NCBI RefSeq assembly: GCF_006345805.1
Contig: NC_043000.1
Coordinates: forward strand, 157,976,001 to 158,040,000
DNA from: Octopus sinensis
Taxonomy: Eukaryota
Direction: 5' to 3'
Length of the DNA: 64,000 nt
Below, in pieces: positions 13,441-26,205 of this stretch. A program made the translations under genes and the position numbers. The notes under the pieces are model-generated. The model did no database searches, was not told where the DNA came from, and was given only the letters and a program-made list of their open reading frames with translations. Every line of letters begins with the position of its first letter. Position 1 is the first letter of the stretch.

Positions 13441-14574
13441 CCGGAAGGAAAGTCGCTGAGCGTCGTGACTGGCATCCTGACGTTTCTCCCATATCGCCAC
13501 CCTACAAATATAAATGAAAATAGAGTACTCCAATCCTTAAAGAAAATAAAACCCAGAAACGTATCAGCCTCCAGCCTAAACAGAAAATTAATAAAGAACA
13601 TATGAAAAGAAGACGACGAAGACACTCCTAAAATTTAAAGCGTCCCATATAAATGGTGAAATAAAATCTGAATTATACGATATTTGAAGTAATAAGTATC
13701 TGCTTTTTTAAGGTACAAAAAATTCCTTTGAATTAAATATTTACTCGCCTAAAAATGAATAACAGTACAGAAACAATTTCTTTCTGAAATTCTTAAAATT
13801 AAGAGAACAAAAGTAAAGAATCATTATAAACACTAATGTAGGTAAAATGGAAACAAAACATCAATCTTAACCTAATACATTATTTCAAATGTCAAAACGG
13901 AGAACATTTTGAGACCCAAAGCTAAAGACTAAGATTAAAAAGTAATTATAGATTAGACAGCATAATAGAAGGCAAGTAATGCAAATATCAACAATATAAA
14001 ATTAGTAAATGTTAGCAATACTAAAAATGCTATCAACGTTAAGAAACAGAATACGGTATAAAAATCTGCTTTAGGTAGAAAAACAATACGAAATATACGT
14101 GTATGGATACCATACCAACTTTAATTGAAATGATACGACAGTAAGGTATTACTTACTTACTTTAAAATTCAGAAGTTATAGGAAGCTCATGAATAGTATG
14201 TAATTTAAAGAATAGATTTGCAAATAGAAATAGATGCCAGCGGAAAGAAGCTCTAATCTACGCGTAAAGATAATACAAACGACAATAAAATCGTTGAAAT
14301 GTATATTTAAATATAAAGTCAGACAAAATTAAAATAATCAAATGCAGAATTTTACCTTAAGTAAATCCAACTGTCTTACCGAGATAGCATGCAATGAAAA
14401 ACTTTAGAGGATGTTAAAGTCTACGGTGACATCTAAAATTTTATATTCAAAATATATTTTCCATCATAGTTATTTTAAAAAGTGATGCGTAAGAAAAAGT
14501 AGTATACTAGCATTTACGCAAAATAATGTATTAACAAAAACAAAAATAACAATGATAATCATAGTCCTTTCTAT

Positions 14575-14722
14575 TATAGGTGAAAGACTTGCGACCCCAG
14601 TGCTCAACTAGTCTTTATTTCATCGACCCCGAAGGATAAAATGCTAAGTCGACCTCGGTGGCTATTTGAACTCAGAACGTAAAGCCAGAAGAAATGCGCT
14701 AGGCATTTTGTTTGACGCGGTA
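14575..14722 (-). mobile_element. SINE family B relic
   Basis: 'catcgaccccgaaggataaaatgctaagtcgacctcgg...tttgaactcagaacgtaaag'. Confidence 0.6.
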
Positions 14723-14779
14723 ATAATATTAAAAGTAACAATAATAATAATATATTTTTAAATAACCACAAGTGTTATA

Positions 14780-16570
14780 AAATCATTTAAGACAGGACAA
14801 GAGCAGGAAGAGCGCAGATTTACATAAATAAAGAGTAAGCAGTTACAGAAAATAACAACAAACAAGAAAATTGTAACATTTCCCAATAGAGGGAAAACCA
14901 CCCAAGGGGGACAGGAAATCCCACTGAACCCGAGTCAATCTACTCATCTGGAGTACATTAGTAAGTACGCCTCTCAATACTTTTCAACCAACAAGATCAT
15001 GTTTAGAACTCGGAATATTCTCTTAACATTTATCCACCATTTTACAAATTTACTGGGTTGCTGTTTTCCCGCTCTAAACTTACTCTCCTTTCTAATTGGA
15101 AAATTTCGACGAGGCCTTAACCAAAAGGAATGTGCCTGTCTTCAGTCTTTACAGTCGCATCCATCATACATTCTCGTCTACTATAGCCTCCAGACCGAAG
15201 GAAAACTACCTACCCTTTCTGGTCAAAGGTACGCTGTGGTGCGAATTTCACGATTGATTCGGCCGATAGCATGATCCATCTTACACATAACAGAAGCTGT
15301 TCCATATATACAAAAGTGAGTAATGCTCGAGCACTGTACGAATACATGAGGGACGGTTTCATTACTGTGAGCGCATCTCGGACAGGTGTGACTGGTAGTA
15401 ATGCCATGCTGCCATAATTTATTTTGAAACGGCAATGCCCGCTTCTCGTAGCAGTGTCGAGGCATGGGGTTCTCAACTTTTATATGCGCCTGAGGCGAGA
15501 GTTCTCTGTAAAAGACCAAAAAGTTGATTTTCATCATGCGCAGTGTTTCTTTCGAGTACTTAGACATGCTTCCCTACCTCTTAATCTAATATAGAGCACC
15601 ATGGTGGAAAATCCACTGACTGCACTTTTCAAATTTCAAAAAATTGTGAGCTCCTTACAACACTTAAGGTGCGTATGCTTTATATTGGTGAACGCTTGAT
15701 TCGGGACTACCACTCTGTCAAAGCGGCGGATACACTTTCTAATTGGGGAGGAAAAGCTGCTGATGCTGTAGCCATAATGCATATCTGATAGCATTAACCA
15801 CGGCTCAGCCAGTCTTTCTTGCAGTAGATGTTGACAACAAATCGATCGTCTAATCAATAAATCGTCCCCTCCACAGAAAGCGATAGAGAAGTTCCATTAT
15901 TGTCACCCATGAAGCAGAGCAAGGTATGATGTTCAGGTGGTAGTAGATGATGGATGCGATCTAGGCATTCGCTACATCTGCCTGACCATTCAGCTATACA
16001 TTCGTGTCTGCCCATTTCTGGGCGATCGTAGATACGCTTTTCGTTACTTCTTCCCAGTTCTTGTCCTCCTAGAGCTTCGGACCATACCAAACAAAACAAT
16101 TTAACTGGTCCGTCCTTCCAGTGCCCTACGATGTAGCTGGGTGGCATGGATATGGTGTCCCAGAACCGAGCTTTTGTTCCAACGGTTTCACCTGGTTAAT
16201 TTGTGCTCCCATCACTGCTTCATATTGCCTTCGAGTGGAGTCGATCAACAGAATGTGTTTCTTGTTGAAAGACTATTACGGGGTCGTTGTCCGTAAGTGG
16301 ACAGCAAAAAACATCCAGCTTATGTAGTAGTGGCTCCTCAAAGATCAGTAAGTACACTGAGGGATAGTAGGACACCTTAACTGATTGAAAATATGGTATT
16401 GTACAGTTCCTACAGGTGGTCATTTACTCTGGTACCAAGCAAATATTCTTGTACATTGTAGTTAACACACTTATGAAGACTGACCCGGAAGCAGCTGCTT
16501 TCAGGACAGTCGTAAACCTTTGATGGTCGAATCTAGCCAAAGCTTTCAACTGATCTAAATTGATCAGGGT
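14780..16570 (-). mobile_element. 5'-truncated decayed L1/Tx1-clade LINE (RT + C-terminal CCHC)
   Basis: LDQLKALARFDH (the LDQxKAFDRV motif) at ~16530; LLIFEEPLLHKL; WKDGPVKL; CPRCAHSNETVPHVFVQC zinc knuckle in ORF 15223-15567. Confidence 0.75.
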
Positions 16571-16704
16571 CCCACTATGTTTTCTATTGCCAATATAATA
16601 AATTAAATATTGCTCTAGTCTGTATATATGTATTCATTAACGTTATGTATACATTGTATTTTATAATATAGCATAATATAGAGCTGCTTGTTATTATTTT
16701 AATT

Positions 16705-17390
16705 TCCTACATAGTTAAATATGTTAAAATGCATGGACAATCTGATTTCCAGAGCGGACTAAATGTAGAGCACGAATGACTGGAACACCAGTCATTAAAA
16801 CTGCTGAATTGTTTAACGTTATGAGAGATACAGTCTTCAGAATGATGTTGGCATTCGAAAGCCAAAGTAAATCCATTTCTGGCAAGCATACATCTGGTTA
16901 GATGGCAAAGCTGAGAGAAATGGAGAGAGAAAGAGAGAGAGGGAGAGAAACAGACTGCATGTGTAGCGATACGTATTGTCTAAAACTTTTAAGACATGGC
17001 AGCGAAAGAGGAACCAGAAACTATCATCTCTCAAACACTGCATCACCTAAAGCAGTTCGTCATGGGCTCCATAAAACGGGAGGACTGCATACATTAGGCG
17101 AAAATGCTGTCTAGACTAACAGAATTTGTCAATAGTTCAATGGAACAATGTCATCATCTCTGAGGAATCAATCGTTTCCCCACTTCGGAGCAAATTTAAG
17201 TTTGCAGGCATTACCATGAAATATGCAGTTGGCTTTGTAAATATTCGAGCAATCATATCTCAGCTTTCATTGTTCTATATGAAAGGGATAACTCCAGGTA
17301 GAATCTAAGCATTTTGGCGGATCATGTTCATGCTATATTTGAAACATTGCACCTTGTTTGTAACGCAAACTTCGAGGATGGTGAATATTG
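16705..17390 (+). mobile_element. Old Tc1-like transposase relic
   Basis: Frameshifted LSDFQ / ARMTGTPVIKTAELFNVMRDTVFRMMLAFESQSK and WNNVIISEES, homologous to the Tc1 copies at 20.5k and 55.1k. Confidence 0.7.
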
Positions 17391-17393
17391 TTA

Positions 17394-17461
<68 letters not shown>

Positions 17462-17463
17462 CA

Positions 17464-17876
17464 TAGAGGGCATTATTACACATAAATGCCGCACGCTAGG
17501 AGGGACTTTTAAAGTCAAAATTACCAAAATAAACAAATCGTACCGAATGCAATTCTCGAAGCAAGTCATTTAAAAACAGAATTAAGCTGCAGATCACCAG
17601 TGATTTCGCAATCAACGCAGTATCTGCGTTCCTTGCTCGTCAGTACAGCGAATTCAAGATATATAATGAATGAACAAAATCAACATACCGGACGAACAAC
17701 CGTCGTATTCACCGTAGCATATAGAACTGTTCACCCCTCATTTATGTGTAATAATGTCCTCTATATAATATAAAGAAATATTTTCAAGTGAAAAAATTTA
17801 CAGATTTTTTCTCTTATGAGGTTTTTCACGCTAACTACTTTATAATTACTCATGAAGATTTTATCCTATTTTTAAA

Positions 17877-17885
<9 letters not shown>
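17464..17885 (-). mobile_element. Non-coding HHR-bearing fold-back retroelement, family 3 copy A
   Basis: 25-bp inverted ends 17464-17488 / 17739-17763; the inverted arm continues to ~17885; intact HHR inside; (TA)n on both sides. Confidence 0.7.
17586..17649 (-). ncRNA. Type-I hammerhead ribozyme, intact core
   Basis: Minus: GCUGUA-CUGACGA-GCAA-gg-AACGCAG-aua-CUGCGUU-ga-UUGC-GAAA-UCAC-ug-GUGA-U-C/UGCAGC; all three stems pair; AUC cleavage triplet. Confidence 0.85.
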
Positions 17886-17923
<38 letters not shown>

Positions 17924-18129
17924 TATTGTGTGTGTGTGTGTGTGTGTGTGCGTGTGTGTGTGTGTGTGTGTGTTTTTGTGTGTATGTATGTGTGTATATA
18001 TGAGTATATATATACTCATGCTTTAAGTTCTATTTTCCTGTTTGCATCACCAGAAAAACACATACACACACACACAAACAAACATACACACACACACACA
18101 CACACCACACACACACACACACATATAAT

Positions 18130-18720
18130 GGTTGTCCACTTCTGACCGTGGAACATCTTTACTGACCATTGCCAATGCTAAATGCCGTGCATGTCTATTG
18201 GTCACGCAAAATGGCAGCAGTGGCCTTGCATGAGGTTTTGCACCACCACTCGGCTCCACCCGGTTACGCGTCCACAACTTCCATGCTTGCTGTGGCACCC
18301 TTCTATGCGCCAAGTTTCGGAGAGTCGCCTCACTGGCGAATGCACAACTTGAAAACTGAGGTCCAATAAGCATTTCACATCACATCACAGACCCTCTCCA
18401 CCCTATTGGCATGGTACCGAGAGACGCCACGTCAAAATATCCGGTGCCAATATGTGTCACAAGCTCAGGAATGTGGGAGTTCCATGATGTTAAGCGCAAG
18501 TAAAATGTCTCAAAATGTTCAATGCCATTCGCTTTATATCTGATTGTATAACAGAGTGACATCCTCGCGACTCACTTTAGTGAAAGCTAGGAATTTCTGA
18601 GGGCCAGTGCTCTTGCTAGATTCATCAGTTCTTTTAAAAAGTCTTGTTTAAAGTCCTGTTGGGTTTGTAGGAACCCTTCTCATCAGGCAACTAGAAAGGG
18701 TAATGGTTTAATCATTGTTT
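18130..18720 (-). pseudogene. Possible gag/ORF1-like retroelement relic
   Basis: GC-richer block with broken frames and a weak Cys/His cluster at the 3' end; ends in microsatellite. Confidence 0.25.
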
Positions 18721-19025
18721 ACAACTATAAATTCCGAAATTCAAGGTACGCCTAAATGTACGGGTTAGCTATTACAAGCCGCGGCACTCTAGTGTGCAAT
18801 GAAACTATGATAGGTGTGCCGCAGTGTAACCTGAATATATCTTCAATTCTGTCGTTCAAAGGAGACTTTCTATACTATCTATCTATCTATCTATGCATCT
18901 ATCTACACCTCACATACACAGGCACACACACACACACACACACTCACACACTCACACACTCACACACACACATATATATATATATATATAGTTATATAGA
19001 TATATAGATATATGCATGTATCCCC

Positions 19026-19095
<70 letters not shown>

Positions 19096-19237
19096 GTGAA
19101 TTTATGTCTCAAAATGCTCTGATCTAAACAAGGCTGTGTTCCTCATCCTGTGTTACATCTCTTCTGATTTCTGATACTTAAGTATGCAGTTAATGGCTGC
19201 AATGACTGCTCTCTACAAGAGATTCTGTCCAACATAT

Positions 19238-20210
19238 GTTAGTTAGTTAGTTAATTTGGCTCAAAAGCAAATAGCAAGGCCATGTAGGGGGACATGGAGT
19301 TAAGTACAGGGTGGTGTTCATGTAAAGAGTTCAGGCCACTTGAGGTCCAGGGAGGCTTTGAACAAAGCGGTCGTCGGCATCTTCACCATCTCGTCTGGCA
19401 GCTTGTTCCACGGATCCGCAACCCGGACGGAGAAAGCTCCTCTCCTTCGATTGAGATGAAATCGTCGCAGGTAGAGCTTTTCGGAATGACCCCGCAGCCG
19501 ACGCTCCTGAGCAGGAGTGACGAAGAGCTCTTTCGAGAGGTTACACTTCCCGCTTATGATGTTGTGGGCGAGAATGAGATCACCACGGCAGCGGCGTTTT
19601 TCAAGAGAATAAAGGTCGAGCGTCTCAGCCTTTCTTCGTAGGACAAATTTTTGAGACCATGAACCATGCGGGTAGCCAGCCTCTGGACTCTTTCGAGGTG
19701 CTGTATGTCTTTGAGGAGATAAGGAGAAGAGGCTTGAATCCCATACTCCAATATGGGTCTCACCAGCGTGACATAGAGTGGCAGGAATATGGCTGCTGTG
19801 AGCATTCCGAATGACCGTCGAATCAAAAACAGAATTCCGCGCGCTTTGTTGGCAGCATGGACGCACTGGCCGAAGGCGAAAAGGAGGAATCCACCAAGAT
19901 ACCCAGGTTCTTTACCTGATCGGTCCTCTCCAGCAGCAGACGACCCGGCTCGAAATCAAGTTGAGTTGCAGGAGTAGAGCCGACAGGCAGATGACAGCAC
20001 TTTGACACGTTCAGACACAGGTCCCAATCGTTAGACCACTTCCAAATTTGGTGGAGGCATCGACGAAGATCCTCTATACTACCGCGAGGAGCGACCAGTT
20101 TGATATCGTCGGCAAATAGAAGGGTGTGTTGCGTGAGGTCGTCGGGCAAGTCATTTATGAAGACTAAGAACAACAAGGGCCCAAGCACTGAAACTTGAGG
20201 CACGCCACTG
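19238..20210 (-). mobile_element. Young 5'-truncated CR1-clade LINE
   Basis: GVPQVSVLGPLLFLVFINDLP..LLFADDIKL (RT), LERVQRLATRM, RGDLI, RGHS, WNKLP; (AACT)n tail; few frameshifts; 8-bp micro-inversion at the 5' junction (20197-20218). Confidence 0.9.
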
Positions 20211-20522
20211 CGTGCCTCATTAAATATTCAGTGCCATCGTTAAATAAGCTTAAATTGATACGTGGGCTTTATTTTTACATGATTGTGCGTTCATTGGTCA
20301 TATTTTGGAAGACATGTAAGGCTACATGCATCAATATTCGAAGTCATAGATGACTTGGTCCCTCTGTGGTATATATATATATAATATATATATATATATT
20401 ATATATAACATATATATATATATATACATAAATATCTTGTCTGTATAGGATATATACATGCACAAACGTATATGCGTATATATATATATATATCTGTGTG
20501 TGTGTGTGTGTGTGTGTGTGTA

Positions 20523-21779
20523 CAAGGGTTGGACAAAATAATGGAAACACTTTAAAATTTCAAACAAATTTTCTTTAATATGGAGTAAGACCGGCTTTGG
20601 CAGTAATTACAGCTTGAATTCTATGAGGTGTGGACTCATACAAAGTTTGAATTGTTTCCAAAAGAATGTTTGTTCATTCTTCAGCTGAAACAGCATCTAG
20701 TTCTTGTAGGATATCGACTCCTGACATGTTTTCCTAAAATGCACCATAAATGTTCAATAATAGCGAGATCTAGAGACTGTGGTGGCCAGATAAGATGTTC
20801 AAGTTCATTAGAATGTCCCTCGTGCCATTTAGTAACAACTTTAGCTCTGTGAATTGGTGCATTATCATCCTGAAAGTTTGCGTTTCCCTCCGGAAACAGT
20901 TCCGCAAGCATAAAATGAATTTGATACGATAAAATGCTTATTTAGTCTTGACTATTAATTCTGCCATGAAGGAAAATCGTTGAGCCGGCGGATTTCCAGC
21001 ATATAGCCCCCACCCCGTTCTTCACAGATCTTCCTCCATGTTTAACAGTTGGAAGAAGGTAGTCTGGGTCAAATGCTTCTTTTGGCTGTCTCCACAAGTA
21101 TGCTCAACCGGTGGTCAGAAATAAGGTAAAGGATAACTCGCCCAAGAAAATAACGTTCTTCCATTGCTCTAGGGATCAATTCTGTAGGTTTTTACTCCAC
21201 ACGAAACGCATTACAACGTTTGTTTTTGAAAGTAATGGTTTTCTGATTGCAGGCCTCCGGTGAAATCCGGCTCTGTGCAGCTCCCACCGAACAGTTTTTG
21301 TGGAAACTGGGTTCTCGAGGTAGTCATTAATCTCTGCATTAATTCTTGGATATCTACTTTTGTGATCCTTTCTAACAATGCGCTTATGAGTCCGACGGTC
21401 CCCATCTGAAAGTTTTGGTTTTCTTCCGGAGTTTTGTTTCGATTAGAAGGATTTTCCCTCTTTCTCAATGGTTGTCATTACTTTCGAAACTGTACTTCTT
21501 GATACACGAAACATTTCGGCTGTTTTCGTAATGCTAGCGCCTCCCATATCAGCACCAAGAATTTTACCTGTTTGGAAGTCCGATAGATCTGTCATTTTAA
21601 TGAATTTTAATTACCTATTTTTGATGATATCTGAAGAAAACCCAGCAATTTTAGCAAAACATATGAAGTAACACTAATAATAAATCAAAAAACATAAAAA
21701 TAAACAAGCTTTAGACGGTTTTACAGATATTTAAAATTATGATGCTATGATGCTAGGTGTTTCCATTATTTTGTCCAAC
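20523..21779 (-). mobile_element. Near full-length decayed Tc1-like transposon
   Basis: TIRs (ta)caagggttggacaaaataatggaaacac / gtgtttccattattttgtccaac; FQDDNAPIH and WPPQSLDLAIIEHLW motifs. Confidence 0.9.
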
Positions 21780-22568
21780 GCACACACACACACTCACACA
21801 TAGATACACACGGACATTTGTATGTATAGTTACATACACAAATGTAAGATATACATTTACTTTCTTATGATAAATGTAGTTAATATGTATTTGAATATTA
21901 AAAGAAATCAAATGTTAGTTACTAGTATTATTATCATATTTATTTTTGGTGGAGAGAGTAATAATATAAATATCTATACATAACTTCACGTCAGCGTAGT
22001 CTGGATGCTGAGTGAAAATTGCCAATTATACAATGCTACAGTCGATAGAATGACCGTGGCATATATATTTATAAAACATTCTGTTGCTTTGATAACACGT
22101 CTTGTTTGAATGCAATTATATGTTTCATTAAATATTTGAACATTTGGGAAGAAGCATATTAGACTTATAACTAGAAATCCTGATAAATGTAACTTGTCAA
22201 TGTATCACTGAAAACTTATTGATAAGAATTGTCTCTTATAATATCGAGCGTATAGACATTCGGATTTTCTCATTAACAATGATTTATAAGGGAGGAAACA
22301 CAACAATTAATTACTATGTAAGATAATTTTGATTTTGATTTTGATACAAAACTACTGACATGTTTCCATTTCATGATGACCTCTCCAGCGACGCTTTGCT
22401 GCCACCTTACAGGCTAAAGAAGTAATAAGAAAAATCATAACCAATTGTATAAGATTATATACTGCTTAGGCAGCGAGAATAAAATTGTTTGATTAAAATA
22501 TTTAGAGTTTCGATCTGAAAGAAATACCAACTCACTCAAACCGATACACCCATCGATGAAATCACGCA

Positions 22569-22747
<179 letters not shown>

Positions 22748-22749
22748 GC

Positions 22750-22789
22750 TTTGCTGATGACGTTAAAAACTGACCGAAACTTGTTCAAA
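22750..22789 (+). ncRNA. Decayed minimal hammerhead-like motif
   Basis: UUUG-CUGAUGA-cguuaaaaacugacc-GAAAC-uu-GUU-CAAA; stem I pairs, stem II is imperfect, U at the cleavage position; abuts (TA)n. Confidence 0.4.
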
Positions 22790-23597
22790 ATTTCTACAGT
22801 AATGTGCAGATAGAAGGAAAAAAATATTAGTCTTTCATTAATATAATTTTCATTACCTAATTAAATCCTCTGCATGTTCTATGTTATATATATATATATA
22901 TATATATAACATAGTACATGCAGAGGGTTAATTAGCTAATTATAAATAACTATTTGATGAAGGAAAAATAATATTAATGAATGTGTAATATTCTTTCCAT
23001 TCTATCTGCACATTCCTGACTATGTTTCGGTCAATTTCTAACCTGATCAGCAAAGCATTGCCTAGATACAGTTCCACGTAGAGTCTAACCACAAATTTAG
23101 AGAAACTAGAATAGTATAGAACATAAGCAATTAGGATATAGCACAAGCATAAAATCCATTAACATTAATCTATTACATACAGAAGCGGGAAAACATATAT
23201 CTTAACCATTTTGATTCTCCTTGTATTTAATACGCAAACGGAATTAACTATAATTAAAAAGGCATCAATACTAACAGACATTGGGACAAGGAAACACCTC
23301 ATCAATTTTTCTTGACACAGAGATTATACGTCGAAGTTTTACAAGACGTCTACGTAATTATCTGTAAACTGAGATAATGTAACTGAAGAAAGAAATTAAT
23401 TCATTGACAATGGACAAGACATTGCCGAGTGTAATTTATAACCATATTAGCAAAAGTAGCTAAATTACACACTCAATGAAATATTAACTCCATTCTTTGT
23501 ATTTGTTTTCGGAGACATCTGTGTAAAGGTATGTATGCACACATACATGCATACATAAGCACACATGCACACAAACACACGCACACACACACACACA

Positions 23598-23642
<45 letters not shown>

Positions 23643-24192
23643 GCACATACAAATAGATTGATAGACATAGAGTAACAGACATGAATGTTCGCAGTCTCGC
23701 ACAGACACGGAGAGACGCAGCAAGCACGCATATACAAAAATACATATATATTTGTACATGCATACATACATACATAAATATGCACACGCATATACACATG
23801 CATACACTCACATACACGTAAATACACATATTCACACACACCCAATCGACGCTGTTGGCAAAGCGTCGAATTGGATAACTTACAGTATTCGTTATATTTC
23901 TTTGCACACTGAGTTTCGAATCCTTCTGCGTCTCAATTCACCTTTCCAACATTTGGTTCAATATATATAAATCAACTGAAACAGGTGAGGGATTAGCGAC
24001 AGATTTAGGGTAGAAAGCCGTAGGACTTGTTACTCCATTTCCGTTCCTGCATGTTGGGGATTTAGATTCAAGGGTTAGTCTTTGGAACATACACGTTACC
24101 TGATCGGAAATTCGGGGACGAGTTTGGTAAACAAATATAGATATTTACATATACATGCATACATACAAGCACACACGCACACACATAAGAAC

Positions 24193-24225
<33 letters not shown>

Positions 24226-24226
24226 T

Positions 24227-24289
<63 letters not shown>

Positions 24290-24294
24290 ATATA

Positions 24295-24915
24295 TAGTGT
24301 AATAAATAAAATATATGCGTACATGCAAACATATATGTACGTACCTACATCTACATGTATATATACATGCATATATAATATATATACGTGAGTACAGGAC
24401 ACCACAACTAGACGTAGAACTCAACGAGAAACGAAAACGGAAAAACCATTTTTTTACAACAGAAAAACAGAGTACAGGACATACTACACAAGGAAAAATC
24501 CCCTTCATCAGCTGTCACTAGTTCGACCCCAGGCAAGACAGAACACGACTCGCCATGCCTTCGAAACACGCTGAAGTCGAACTAGTGACAGCTGATGAAG
24601 GGGATTTTTCCTTGTGTAGTATGTCCTGTACTCTGGTTTTCTGTTGTAAAAAAATGGTTTTTCCGTTTTCGTTTCTCGTTGAGTTCTACGTCTCTGTTTT
24701 TCTGTTGTAAAACATGGTTTTTCCGTTTTCGTTTCTCGAATTATAACGTATATATATTTATATATGCATGTATATATACATGTAGATGTAGGTACGTACA
24801 TATATGTTTGTATGTATGCATATATTTTATTTATTACACTATTGTTTGACAGCGACCTCGCGTCGGGTTCGATTCGATTCGTTCGCTTCGTTCCGTTCTT
24901 ATTCTCCCAGTACTG
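24295..24915. repeat. Head-to-head fold-back repeat (arms ~24295-24529 and ~24586-24842), probably a pseudo-LTR-type retroelement
   Basis: gtcgaactagtgacagctgatgaagggg... occurs on both strands around a ~55-bp spacer; (TA)n on both sides. Confidence 0.75.
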
Positions 24916-24961
<46 letters not shown>

Positions 24962-25789
24962 CTTGGCCGTTTCTTTAAATTTCACTATTTCCCACTCGTT
25001 TGTCTCCCCTGTATCTTTCTCTTTGTCTTTGATTCTTTTCTGATACTTCAATCCCACACTCACCTGCCCATCTCTCCTCCTTCCACGTGAGCGGTGTCCA
25101 GCCAGCTAGCCATGATCTTTCTTTCTCGACCTGACTGTCGACCGCCAACATCTCTTCTGTCCATCTCCTATGTTTCTGCCTTTAGATTTTCACTTCATAC
25201 ACGCCAGCGTAATTTCGTTCGTTCTCAGTCGAAAGACACCTGTTGTTATTTTCTTGTTGTTCATATTCATAAGTGTGTACCATGTTCTCCGTTTTTCGTC
25301 TGTGTTGCCGTACACGTTTGCTTTCTTACAAAGGGGTCTAATGCTCTTAGCTTAGATGTTTTTGGGGGCAACCAGATCGAACCCTCTCAAGTTTAACTGC
25401 ACGAAACGGTCGTGACTTCTGGTACTTGATTGAGGAAGGAAGACCACGAATGACGCGTCTTTTTTCCGCTTGTCCTAATTGTTGTTCCCCTTATCCACCT
25501 TTGTATCATGTATCTGTCCGAATGTTTTATTGTCCTCTATTGCATTTTTGTTCCACATATATATATATGCGCGTATATGTATATGTACGTGCATGTGTAT
25601 ATACAAATATGAGTTAGTGTGTGTATATACGTATGTACCAATATGCGTACTTGTGCATGACTATTTGCGAGCTGTTGCGCGCCTTTGCGTGTACATGTAT
25701 GTGTATATATATGCTCACGCATATGCGTGTATGAATACATTTACAGATGCGCGTGAGCATGCATGAATATATATATATATATAGATAAG

Positions 25790-26194
25790 AAAGTTTGTTT
25801 GGTAAAGCACGTGGGTGAATATATAAGAAAATAGTAAAGAGTGAAAAAACGACAGAAGGCTTAAATGTTAAAAAATATATATATTTGTGTCAAAATGTCT
25901 GGAGAATATTGGAAAAATTTTTTTTCCTTTCCTTAAAATGACATAATTTTAAAATTTTTAAAGAAATTACCGGTTTCGCGTGTAGCTTTTCAAATTTCTT
26001 GTGACGTTATGTTTATATTGCATGGAGTTATCGTTGTGTTTATTTTTAGGAGATTTCTAAATAAGGGGAGGTAGTGAGTGATTTCTTCCGGTGTAAGGGA
26101 GATAATCGCTTAAAAATTTTTTTCCCCTTTCCCTTGTTAATTTCTCTGTGTCAGTATGTTCGGATGGTTGAGTCTGGGTTTGTACTTTTCAATT
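25790..26194 (-). repeat. Inverted copy of the Penelope 3' end/pseudo-LTR
   Basis: Reverse complement of ~27696-28070 at near identity. Confidence 0.9.
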
Positions 26195-26205
26195 TTTCAA
26201 TTGTA

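Noticed and set aside
13500-14560. Strand-biased A-rich block (similar at 35800-36250) as a decayed ORF
   Set aside because: No motif could be recovered; left unassigned
17464-17763. Classification as a TA-targeting MITE
   Set aside because: Arm length varies between copies, homology extends asymmetrically beyond one arm, and an HHR lies inside; fits a retro-inversion
18600-18640. CUGAUGA on minus (also at ~43915, and CUGAAGA at ~41730 on plus)
   Set aside because: No compatible stems and GAAA; chance 7-mers
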